A stretch of DNA of 64,000 bases from a virus. Its lineage: Duplodnaviria > Heunggongvirae > Uroviricota > Caudoviricetes. Below, piece after piece: positions 15,910-24,511 of the stretch. The stretch's first letter is position 1. Each line of letters begins with the position of its first letter. The position numbers and the translations under genes were made by a program. The DNA lies in the IMG/VR virus record IMGVR_UViG_3300009826_000001, positions 1 to 64,000 of that record; one strand, written 5' to 3'. The notes under the pieces were generated by a model, which saw only the letters and a program-made list of their open reading frames with translations, was not told the origin of the DNA and searched no databases.

Positions 15910-16370
15910 CCGGAAAGCTCTCCGACGAGGACGGTTATGCGTCGGCACCCGGTGTCGAGGACATGGTCGCGGCGTGCGAGAAAAACACCGCGTGGCGCCG
16001 GGTGCTGGCCACCAGCGAGCGCACCCAGATCGTGCTCATGTCCATCCCGGTGAACACCGACATCGGCGCCGAGGTCCACAAGGTGGATCAGACCATCGTC
16101 TTCGTGGCCGGCGAGGGCTACGCCGACCTGGACGGCAGCAGAACAAAGATGGGCCCGGGCTGGATCGCGTTCGTGCCCAAGGGAACCCGGCACAACTTCA
16201 TCAACACCGGCATGGGGGACCTCAAGCTCTATACCGTCTACGCGCCGCCCAACCACAAGCCCGGCGACGTGGAGAAGACCAAGGCCGATGCCGCCAAGGT
16301 GCCCGACGTGCCACTGCACTCCGGGCGCACCTTCGCCTTACCGCGCCGCGATGCCTGGTATTACCAATGA
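15906..16370 (+). CDS. cupin-domain protein
   Basis: [20 protein letters not shown] matches cupin motif 2 G(x)5PxG(x)2H(x)3N; β-rich. Confidence 0.55.
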   Translation: MTGKLSDEDGYASAPGVEDMVAACEKNTAWRRVLATSERTQIVLMSIPVNTDIGAEVHKVDQTIVFVAGEGYADLDGSRTKMGPGWIAFVPKGTRHNFINTGMGDLKLYTVYAPPNHKPGDVEKTKADAAKVPDVPLHSGRTFALPRRDAWYYQ

Positions 16371-17995
16371 CAGCCGCCGTCGCCGAGGCGGTCCCTACGC
16401 TGGGATCGACGCTGCCGCGCATCTATACCCCTCCCCTGCCGGAGAACTGCGATCCGTATTACGAAGGGCCACAATGCCCTTGCGGCTGCGGGCTGAATGA
16501 CCAGACCAGCTGGGGCTACAGCGCGACCGACTTCCTGGAGAACCTGTGGCACTGGGAGCTGTTGCCCTGGCAGGTCTTTCTCAACTGGCACACCCTGGAG
16601 AAGCGTCCAAAGACCCACTCCGGCTTCCGATTTCCCACCACTTTGGTACTGGTTGCCCGCCAGCAGGGAAAGACCAAGTGGCTCAAGGGCATTGGCCTGT
16701 GGCGGCTGTTCATGGACGAGGGCGGTAAGTCCAGCGCGAGCTGCCCGGCCGCCAAGCTGGCGGTGATCGCGGCGCAGAACCTCGACTATGCCGAGACGAT
16801 GCTGGCCGACGTGGTGGGTGAGATCCGCAGCCACCGAGTCTTCTCCCGCGAGCTCGTCAACCACCGGGTGGTCAACGGCAAGCACCGCGCCATCCTGACC
16901 AATGACCGGCTGTGGCGCGCCGCCACCGCGAGCCGCCGTGGCGCCCGATCGCTGTCGGTGGACCTCGCCATGCTCGACGAGCTGCGCGAGCACACCACCC
17001 ATGACGCCTACAACGCGATCGCCCCGACCACCACGGTGCGGCCCTACTCCCAGGTGATCTGCACGTCCAACGCCGGCGACGTGCGCAGCGTGGTGCTCGA
17101 GGAACTGCGCGAGGTCGCCACCCGGCGCATCGTCAACAACGACACCGAGGGCGCTCAGGTGGGCCTGTGGGAGTGGAGCGTCCCGCTGGACGCCGACCCA
17201 CACGACCAGCAGTTCTGGCACCTCGCGCTGCCGTCGATGGGCCGGCTCAACGAGTTCACGATCGACACCGTGCGCGGCTACTACGAGGCCATGCAGTACA
17301 AGAACATGCCCGGGTTTCGCACGGAGTTCTTATGCCAGACGGTTGACGCGCTGGAACCCGGCATCATCCCGGCCGAGCAGTGGATGGACGGCAAGGACGC
17401 CGCCAGCCGGCGTGCCGAAGGGAGCCTTGTGTATGCCGCCCTCGACATCAGCTACGACCGCAGCTATTCCTACATCGCGGTCGCGGCCCGGCGTGAGGAC
17501 GGCAACATCCACATCGAGGTGATCCAGGCCGCCAATGGCACCGACTGGGTGATTCCGTGGCTGGTCGAGCGCAAAGACAAGTTCGTCGGGGTGGCCGTGC
17601 AGAAGACCGGCGCGCCGGCGTCGAGCCTGATCCCCGAGATGATCGAGGCCGGAATCAAAGTCGTGGAATGGGGGCCGGGCTCCGAGGTCACCGGGGGCTG
17701 CTCGCTGTTCTACGACCGCATCGTCCAGGGCCAGGTTTTCCATAGGCCCAGCCTGGTCCTGGACCGGGCAGCTGCCTCCACGATCAGCCGGCGCGTCGTT
17801 GACGCGTGGGTGTTCGATCGCCGCAACTCTCCGGTGGACGCCGCGCCGCTGGTGGCGTGCGCTGCTGCGGTGTGGCTCCTGGAGCAGATTCCCGAGCCCG
17901 AGCCGATGATCCATTCTTGGCCGAGCGAGGACGAGATCGCGGCGTGGGAGCGCGAGGCAGAAGAACAAGCAAAGGAGATGGGATATGACCGATGA
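16367..17995 (+). CDS. terminase large subunit
   Basis: ATGA overlap with cupin stop; Walker-A-like LVARQQGKTKW; size and position upstream of portal. Confidence 0.8.
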   Translation: MTAAVAEAVPTLGSTLPRIYTPPLPENCDPYYEGPQCPCGCGLNDQTSWGYSATDFLENLWHWELLPWQVFLNWHTLEKRPKTHSGFRFPTTLVLVARQQGKTKWLKGIGLWRLFMDEGGKSSASCPAAKLAVIAAQNLDYAETMLADVVGEIRSHRVFSRELVNHRVVNGKHRAILTNDRLWRAATASRRGARSLSVDLAMLDELREHTTHDAYNAIAPTTTVRPYSQVICTSNAGDVRSVVLEELREVATRRIVNNDTEGAQVGLWEWSVPLDADPHDQQFWHLALPSMGRLNEFTIDTVRGYYEAMQYKNMPGFRTEFLCQTVDALEPGIIPAEQWMDGKDAASRRAEGSLVYAALDISYDRSYSYIAVAARREDGNIHIEVIQAANGTDWVIPWLVERKDKFVGVAVQKTGAPASSLIPEMIEAGIKVVEWGPGSEVTGGCSLFYDRIVQGQVFHRPSLVLDRAAASTISRRVVDAWVFDRRNSPVDAAPLVACAAAVWLLEQIPEPEPMIHSWPSEDEIAAWEREAEEQAKEMGYDR

Positions 17996-18455
17996 CGTTC
18001 CAGTGGGCGCACGGCTGGGGTCCGAGCGGCTCTACGATGTGGACGCCGATGGCTGGCCGCGGCCATTCGAGTCGGCGCTGCGCTATGCAACGGCGGTGGC
18101 CGACACGTTGCCCGATGCCCCCGAGGAACCGCTGACCGAACCCGACGAGCCGCCGATTAGGCCCGAGGAGATCCCCGACTACATCCCCGACGCGCCGGAA
18201 CGGCACCCGCCGATCGGGCTTCGCAACCACAGGCCCGCTCGCAAGGCTGTCAAACCCAAGCGCCGCAAACGTGCCCGGAAACAGGCGAACTGGCGTGAAA
18301 TCCTGTCTACCCTCCTGGAGCTGTGCGGAATCGCCGCGCTGACGACTGGATCGTGGATGATCCGGGCGTGGCTCGGGGTATTGGTGCTGGGCACATGCCT
18401 AGTCTTAATGGGCATAGCTCTGTCTTTTGAGCCAGGGGGCCGAACTAGGGAGTGA
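17985..18455 (+). CDS. hypothetical protein with C-terminal TM segment
   Basis: ORF track; Pro/Glu-rich middle, hydrophobic C-terminus. Confidence 0.45.
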   Translation: MTDDVPVGARLGSERLYDVDADGWPRPFESALRYATAVADTLPDAPEEPLTEPDEPPIRPEEIPDYIPDAPERHPPIGLRNHRPARKAVKPKRRKRARKQANWREILSTLLELCGIAALTTGSWMIRAWLGVLVLGTCLVLMGIALSFEPGGRTRE

Positions 18456-19816
18456 GCGTTCTCGCCCGACTGATGCCGCGCGGCGGCGCGATGGAGCGCC
18501 GCACGCTGGAAAGCTCTGCGTTCGTCCCACCCCCTCAAGTCGGTGTGATCGACGATTACGTCGGCGTACACCGGGCGATGAGCTCAATGACGGTGATGGC
18601 CTGCGTGCGGCTGCTCTCCGATACCATCGCCAGCCTGCCGTGGAAGGCATACCGCAAGGGCAAGGACGGCATCCCCGTCGAGGTCGACCCGCAGCCGGCG
18701 ATCCTGCGCAGCCCGTTCCCCGGCTTCGACTTGTTTCAGTACAAGTGGATGATGGTGTCCTCGATGGCGTTGCGCGGCAACTTCTACGCCTACGTCACCA
18801 GCCGCGACGCCATGTTCCGGCCCACCGCGATCCTGCCTCTGCACCCCGACCTGATTTTTTTGGAGCGCCGACCCGACATCCTGATGTGGATGGACCCCAT
18901 CTACCGCATCATGGGCCAGCAGGTGCCCAGCCAGGACATGGTCCACATCCGGCGCTTCACGATGGCCGGCGAGCCGTGGGGCCTCTCCCCGGTCAAGCAG
19001 GCCGCGGCGGCGATCGGGATGAGCCTGGCCGCCGAGGAATACGGCTACCGCTATTTCCGCGAGTCGGCCAACCCTTCGGGCATGTTGATGACCGAGCAGA
19101 ACCTGTCCGACGACGTGGTCAAGCGCCAGCAACAGCAGTGGATCGCCAGCCACGGTGGCCGCCGGCTGCCGGCGGTGCTCACCGGCGGCTTCAGCTTCAA
19201 GACGCTCACGATTGCGCCCAACGAGGCGCAGTTCCTAGAAACCCGTCAGTTCCAGCGGTCTGAGATCGCCATGATGTACGGGATACCGCCGCACATGATC
19301 GGCGACACCGAACGGTCCACCAGCTGGGGCACCGGCATCGAGCAGCAGTCCATTGGCGCGGTCACATTCACCTTCCGGTCCTGGGCCGCGCCGATTGAAT
19401 CCGTGATGACCAACCTGCTGCCAACCGGCCAATATGTCCGGTTCGACTTCAACGAATTGACCCGAGGTGACATCAAAGCGCGCTACGACGCCTACGACCA
19501 GGCGATCCACTCCGGCTGGCTCAACGTCAACGAGGTTCGCCGCGACGAGCAACGGCCACCGATCGGACCTGATGGCGAAATCTACCTGCAGCCGGTCAAC
19601 TACGCGCCGCTGGGCTTCACCCCGGTGGCAGCACCACCCAAGGCGCCGCCGGCCGTGCCCCCGAACTACCCCGAAGCTCCCGGGGTGAAAGAGCCACCCG
19701 GAAAGGCTGGGCCGCCGCAGCCGGGGAAGCCAAACGGTAAAGGCACCCGAGATGACATCGGTGAGTATTTCGGGCGCCTATATCCGTGGCTTGACCCAGA
19801 GAATCAGCGAGGATAA
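18452..19816 (+). CDS. portal protein
   Basis: 454 aa, position between terminase and protease; HK97-like portal composition. Confidence 0.75.
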   Translation: MSVLARLMPRGGAMERRTLESSAFVPPPQVGVIDDYVGVHRAMSSMTVMACVRLLSDTIASLPWKAYRKGKDGIPVEVDPQPAILRSPFPGFDLFQYKWMMVSSMALRGNFYAYVTSRDAMFRPTAILPLHPDLIFLERRPDILMWMDPIYRIMGQQVPSQDMVHIRRFTMAGEPWGLSPVKQAAAAIGMSLAAEEYGYRYFRESANPSGMLMTEQNLSDDVVKRQQQQWIASHGGRRLPAVLTGGFSFKTLTIAPNEAQFLETRQFQRSEIAMMYGIPPHMIGDTERSTSWGTGIEQQSIGAVTFTFRSWAAPIESVMTNLLPTGQYVRFDFNELTRGDIKARYDAYDQAIHSGWLNVNEVRRDEQRPPIGPDGEIYLQPVNYAPLGFTPVAAPPKAPPAVPPNYPEAPGVKEPPGKAGPPQPGKPNGKGTRDDIGEYFGRLYPWLDPENQRG

Positions 19817-19820
19817 AGGG

Positions 19821-22001
19821 ATGGACCACAGTAATCGCGCCCGCCTGATCGACGTCCCGGAGCGCCGCACCCTCGCGATGCCACCGGAGTTGCGTAAAGA
19901 CCCGGGCACCGGGCAGCTGGTGATGAGCGGCTACGCCGCGACGTGGGACCCCTACGACTGCTACGGCGGACCCGACCACGGCGGGTGGGTGGAGAAGCTG
20001 GAACGGGCCGCGTTCGAGCGCACCCTTGACGAGAAGCCCGACATGATGCTGCTGGTCAACCACGAGGGACTGCCGCTGGCGCGCACCAAGAGCGGCACGC
20101 TGCAACTTGACACCGACCGGCGAGGTCTGACGATGCGCGCGATGCTCGATCCCGACGACCCCGACGTGCAGCGGCTGATCCCGAAGATGAAGCGCAAAGA
20201 CCTCAACGAGATGAGTTTTTCGTTCCGGGTCAAAGATCAGGCGTGGAACAGCGATTACAGCCACCGCACGATAACTGAACTATCACTTCAGAAAGGGGAC
20301 GTGTCGATTGTCAATTACGGCATGAACCCCAACACCCATGCGATCATGGGCGTGGAATCGCTGGCACGCGCGGACGGGAGCGCACTGATGGAGGTCCGGC
20401 GCCTGGACCGCACCGTGCTGGCCGGGGCGATGGCCAACCTGCGCCGCGCCTGGCGTGCCAACGAGGAACCCGAGCACTGCCCCGGTGGCGCGGATTGCAT
20501 GGGCGCGATGTGCCCCGACCACGGCGAGAAGGCCGGCAAGCGCCAGTCCACGCTGGTCAACTTCGATGGCGGTCACTTGCTGCACGGCGGGGAGTGCCTG
20601 ACGTGTGCGGGGGCCCGCGCCAAGACGCCGTCCCAGTACGGCAACGTCGACTACGCCGACCCCGGCTACCTGGACAGCTCGGGCAAGCAGGCCAAGGGCG
20701 GCAACGGCGTCAAGCGGTACCCGATAGATAAGACCCACGTCAAAGCGGCGTGGAGCTATATCAACATGCCCAAGAACCAGAAGGGCTACACGCCAAGCCA
20801 GCTGGCGTCGATCAAGAACAAGATCAAGGCTGCCATGAAGAAGTTCGGGCACGATACCGACGACAGCGACTCCAAGAGCCTGCAGACCGTGGTCGATATC
20901 GACCGGGTCGAGGGCGTGCGAACCGCAACCGGCGGCCTGGCGCTGGTGGCCGTGATGACCGATGGGTCGCGCACCCCGCTGCCGTCCTTGCAGGACACTT
21001 CCAGCCCGATTTCGGGCGTTCCCAGGATGCGCAAGACCGACAACTCGGTCACCGGGTCGGGCAAGGTCAGCGGAACGCGCGTGCCGGTCAAGGACGAGGG
21101 CGAGGACGACCCCGACGAGTTCGGCGAGCCGATCAAGGCCAGTATGCAGAACTGGAAGGACGACGAGGGCCCGAACGACCCGCACAACGAGCCCTACAAG
21201 GCACCGGGTCGCACCGGGCCGGGACAGGCCACCGACAATTCGGTGCTGGACGCCAAGCCCAAGACCAAGGACACCGACTTCTACGACATCTGGCCGGAGT
21301 ATTCGCCCAACGATCCGCACGACGACCCGTATGACGCGCCCAGCGACGAGGGTGACAAAGACCCCGACGAGCTGCACGGCGACCCGGCCCCCGAGCCGAG
21401 CCCCGCAGTCGGCACGGCGTTTCGGCAGGGCACCGGCCCGCGGCTGGGTGGTCACGACATTCCCACCACCGACCATCCGTACAGCGACGATATCGGCACC
21501 GAGCCCTCCGGTGATGCCTATGGCCCGCAGAAGGAGATGGACGACGAGGCCGTCGAGGACGAGCACCACGCCAAGACCACCAGCACCTCCAAGGAGTGGA
21601 TGGAGGGCAGCGCGGCCGAGGACCCGTGGGGCAAGCGCGAGCTGCCCGAGGACAATCCCGACTTCGACGACCCGGTGAAGATCCACGCCACTGCGCGCCG
21701 CGAAGGCAAGAAGCCGCCGACCGATCCCGATGACCCGGAGTACGAGAATGAGCGCCAAGACGGCGAGTCCGAGGCCGCCCCGGACTTCGGCGGCGGCGAG
21801 GATGGCGAGTCCGATTCCGACATGTCCGACGACATGGACGACGCCACGACAGGAGATGGCGGCGATGGCGGCGGCCTGGGCGAGATGTATTCCTACCAGC
21901 CCAGCGTGACCGAGCACCTGCAGCGACTACGACGCAATGCCGAGCTGCCCGACCTGCCGACGCTTGCTGAGGCGGCGGCGTACCTGCACCAGCTGGGCTA
22001 G
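19821..22001 (+). CDS. capsid maturation protease fused to long acidic scaffold-like C-terminal extension
   Basis: N-terminal about 200 aa HK97 prohead-protease-like; C-terminal about 480 aa D/E/P-rich; RBS AAAGGG before ATG 19821. Confidence 0.7.
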   Translation: MDHSNRARLIDVPERRTLAMPPELRKDPGTGQLVMSGYAATWDPYDCYGGPDHGGWVEKLERAAFERTLDEKPDMMLLVNHEGLPLARTKSGTLQLDTDRRGLTMRAMLDPDDPDVQRLIPKMKRKDLNEMSFSFRVKDQAWNSDYSHRTITELSLQKGDVSIVNYGMNPNTHAIMGVESLARADGSALMEVRRLDRTVLAGAMANLRRAWRANEEPEHCPGGADCMGAMCPDHGEKAGKRQSTLVNFDGGHLLHGGECLTCAGARAKTPSQYGNVDYADPGYLDSSGKQAKGGNGVKRYPIDKTHVKAAWSYINMPKNQKGYTPSQLASIKNKIKAAMKKFGHDTDDSDSKSLQTVVDIDRVEGVRTATGGLALVAVMTDGSRTPLPSLQDTSSPISGVPRMRKTDNSVTGSGKVSGTRVPVKDEGEDDPDEFGEPIKASMQNWKDDEGPNDPHNEPYKAPGRTGPGQATDNSVLDAKPKTKDTDFYDIWPEYSPNDPHDDPYDAPSDEGDKDPDELHGDPAPEPSPAVGTAFRQGTGPRLGGHDIPTTDHPYSDDIGTEPSGDAYGPQKEMDDEAVEDEHHAKTTSTSKEWMEGSAAEDPWGKRELPEDNPDFDDPVKIHATARREGKKPPTDPDDPEYENERQDGESEAAPDFGGGEDGESDSDMSDDMDDATTGDGGDGGGLGEMYSYQPSVTEHLQRLRRNAELPDLPTLAEAAAYLHQLG

Positions 22002-22003
22002 TT

Positions 22004-23356
22004 ATGATCGTCGGTGTCGGTACGGGCCGCTCAGGCACCTTGACGTTGGCACTATTGCTGGATGGTTGTCAGAACATCCGGTGCGTGCATGAGTCCGAGC
22101 CGCTGTTGCCGTGGGAGATCGACGGCCGCGCCTACAAGGACAAGCTCGCCGAGATCAAGGCCGAGCCGGGCCGCGCCGAGGTCGGCTTCTACTGGCTGAA
22201 CTACCTGCGGCCACTGCTCAAGGACGTTCCCGACGTGCGGATCGTGGCCACCCGGCGCGACCCGGTGAAGACCGCCGAGTCCTTCGCGGCCTACATGGGC
22301 CCCAAGCGCAACCACTGGCTGGATCACAAGGGTGTGGGCTGGGAGCTCGACCCGCTGTTCGACGACTGTTACCCCACCTACGAGATACGCGACCGCCACC
22401 AGGCGATCGTGCGCTACTGCACCGAGTACAACGCCGAGGTGGACCGGCTGCGGCGCAAGTACCCCTCCCAGGTGCTGGTGGTCAAGACCGAAGACCTGGG
22501 CACCATCGCCACCCAGCAGAAGATTTTCGAGCACTGCGGCATCCCCAAGTCCGATCGCTGCTATGTCGCCGGCATCCACCACAACAAGCGCAAGGAAACC
22601 CGCGACCAGCAAGACGAGCTGGACCTCACGGCGCTGTCGACCACCGGGGACTCTCAGCGCATCCCGCTCTACGTCGGCACCTACCGCAAGCGCAAGCACA
22701 TCGAGACCTGCCTGCGCAGCATCGACGCCAACGTCAAGGGCTACGACGAGATCATCTTCCTCGACGACTCCGGCGACCGGCTGCACACCAAGTGGCTCCT
22801 GCAGTACGGGCAGGTGGTGGCACTGCCCAAAGTCGGGCACAGCGTCGCGATGCGGGCACTGTGCGCGCACGCCAACGGGCGCCAGCTGGCCTGGATCGAG
22901 GAGGACTTCGAGATCACTGGCTCGATGGACCTCACTGAGATGAGCGAGCACCTCTACCACCGGCCCTACCTGGCGCAGATCGCGCTGCTGCGCCAGCCGT
23001 TGTGGGCCGACGAGAAGCGCCTCGGCGGCGTGCTGGAGGCGGTGGCCGCCAACGGCTGGGCGGTGCGCTATGTGCTGGGGCTGTGGGAATCGCGTGGGTG
23101 GTTCACCTGCAACCCCTCCCTGTGGCGCGGGCATGTCACCGAGCTGGGCTGGCCCAATCCCAAGCGGGTGGCCGGGCGCGACTACAGCAGCGAATGGATC
23201 AAGAGCAAAGAACTGCGCGAACTGTTCATGGGCGAGAAGCTGCCCTCGGACTGGATGGCGCCGATCAGCGAAAAGGAGCCGCGTGGCTACTCGTTCGGAT
23301 TCCTCGACGGCATCCGGTGTCACCACTGGGGACACCGGGAGGGCCACGGCTATTAA
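22004..23356 (+). CDS. sulfotransferase-like domain fused to GT2-like glycosyltransferase domain
   Basis: N-terminal IVGVGTGRSGTLTL (5'-PSB-like P-loop) and VATRRDPVKTAESFAAY (RDP 3'-PB-like) resemble carbohydrate sulfotransferases; C-terminal IPLYVGTYRKRKHIETCLRSI...EIIFLDDSGD GT-A/GT2-like. Confidence 0.55.
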   Translation: MIVGVGTGRSGTLTLALLLDGCQNIRCVHESEPLLPWEIDGRAYKDKLAEIKAEPGRAEVGFYWLNYLRPLLKDVPDVRIVATRRDPVKTAESFAAYMGPKRNHWLDHKGVGWELDPLFDDCYPTYEIRDRHQAIVRYCTEYNAEVDRLRRKYPSQVLVVKTEDLGTIATQQKIFEHCGIPKSDRCYVAGIHHNKRKETRDQQDELDLTALSTTGDSQRIPLYVGTYRKRKHIETCLRSIDANVKGYDEIIFLDDSGDRLHTKWLLQYGQVVALPKVGHSVAMRALCAHANGRQLAWIEEDFEITGSMDLTEMSEHLYHRPYLAQIALLRQPLWADEKRLGGVLEAVAANGWAVRYVLGLWESRGWFTCNPSLWRGHVTELGWPNPKRVAGRDYSSEWIKSKELRELFMGEKLPSDWMAPISEKEPRGYSFGFLDGIRCHHWGHREGHGY

Positions 23357-23512
23357 CCGGCGTCGGCTCAAGGACCGTCATCGCCAGCTTTGCGACGGGT
23401 CGATGGCGGTCCCCACGGAGTACGAGGACGACGAGTACGCGATCTGCCTGGCCTGCGGCCGGCGGCTGTGGGTCGGGCGCAACGGCAAGATTCCCAACCA
23501 TTGGCCGTCGAA

Positions 23513-24196
23513 GTGAAGCCCTCGGTGCAGGTGGTCATCCCTTGGCGGCCCAGTCCCGAGCGGATGGCCGCCTTCGAGCGGACCATGCAGTTCTGGAACT
23601 ACGTCGGCTGGCCGGTGGTGTTCGGCGACTCGCCGGCCGACAAGCCGTTCTCGCTGGCCCAGGCCCGTAACCGCGGGGTGGCCAAGACCTCGGCGCAGAT
23701 CGTGGTGGTGTCCGACGCCGACACCATCCCCACGCTGCAGAACGTGGTGCGCGCGGTCGATGATCCCGGTCCCGGTGTGACCTGGGTGTTTAGCCACTAC
23801 CGGCGTATCCACCAGGACTGGGTGGACAAGCCCGACCTGATGGGCGCCCCGCTGATCGAGAGCTGGGAGAACGGACTGGGCGGCTGCTATGTCTGCAAGC
23901 GGTCCACCTACTTCTACATCGGCGGCACCGATCCCCGGTTCATCGAGTGGGGCTTCGAGGACACCTCGATGTATGCGGTGGCCTCCACGCTGGCCCAGGC
24001 CCGCCGGATGCCGGGCGTGATCTTTAGCTTTGAGCACGACGGCGGTTGGACCAAGCGCGGCAACCAGGCCAACCGGCCGCTGTTCACGCCGTATTACAGC
24101 GCGCGGCGCAAGCCGTGGATGATGCGTGCGCTGCTGCGCCAGCGCGCACAGGCCGACCCCACCGACCCGGCCAACATCTACTGGGGACGCCGGTGA
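23513..24196 (+). CDS. GT-A glycosyltransferase (β4GalT/GT7-like)
   Basis: GTG start overlapping upstream stop (GTGA); VVVSDADTIP DxD region, EWGFEDTSMY resembles the WGxEDDD galactosyltransferase motif. Confidence 0.6.
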   Translation: MKPSVQVVIPWRPSPERMAAFERTMQFWNYVGWPVVFGDSPADKPFSLAQARNRGVAKTSAQIVVVSDADTIPTLQNVVRAVDDPGPGVTWVFSHYRRIHQDWVDKPDLMGAPLIESWENGLGGCYVCKRSTYFYIGGTDPRFIEWGFEDTSMYAVASTLAQARRMPGVIFSFEHDGGWTKRGNQANRPLFTPYYSARRKPWMMRALLRQRAQADPTDPANIYWGRR

Positions 24197-24363
24197 GCGA
24201 TGTCATTCCCAATGATGGCCGCTACATCGTTGTCCGCACCGGCCAGCCGGAGGTCTTACTGGTGGCCTGCGCGGAGTGCGGTGTGCTGCTGTGGGACATC
24301 GACGCGCACTACAAACACGCACATTTCGTTCCACCCCATCCACCGCGCGGCGTGTCGCACTAA
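24193..24363 (+). CDS. small protein (56 aa) with CxxC
   Basis: GTGA overlap; VSDVIPNDGRYIVVRTGQPEVLLVACAECGVLLWDIDAHYKHAHF. Confidence 0.4.
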   Translation: MSDVIPNDGRYIVVRTGQPEVLLVACAECGVLLWDIDAHYKHAHFVPPHPPRGVSH

Positions 24364-24466
24364 TCGCCGCGGGCGCCGTGGTAACACTGTTTCTCACGGA
24401 ATCGCGTAGATAAAGCCGGCACGGCTGAAGCCGCGACTCCCACCCTGGCACAGGGGCCCTGATTGA

Positions 24467-24492
24467 TCAGCGCCCTGTTCCGGGCGCTGAAT
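24467..24492 (+). terminator. stem-loop AGCGCCC-TGTTCC-GGGCGCT upstream of capsid gene
   Basis: perfect 7-bp inverted repeat, 6-nt loop, in 150-nt non-coding gap. Confidence 0.35.
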
Positions 24493-24511
24493 TCCGAGTT
24501 AAGGGAATGAA

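Noticed and set aside
20283-23371. Long minus-strand ORFs (20283..21917 544 aa; 21133..22038 301 aa; 22052..23371 439 aa)
   Set aside because: They are antisense to the well-supported protease/scaffold and sulfotransferase-GT genes. Their translations are Gly/Arg/Ala/Val-rich low complexity.
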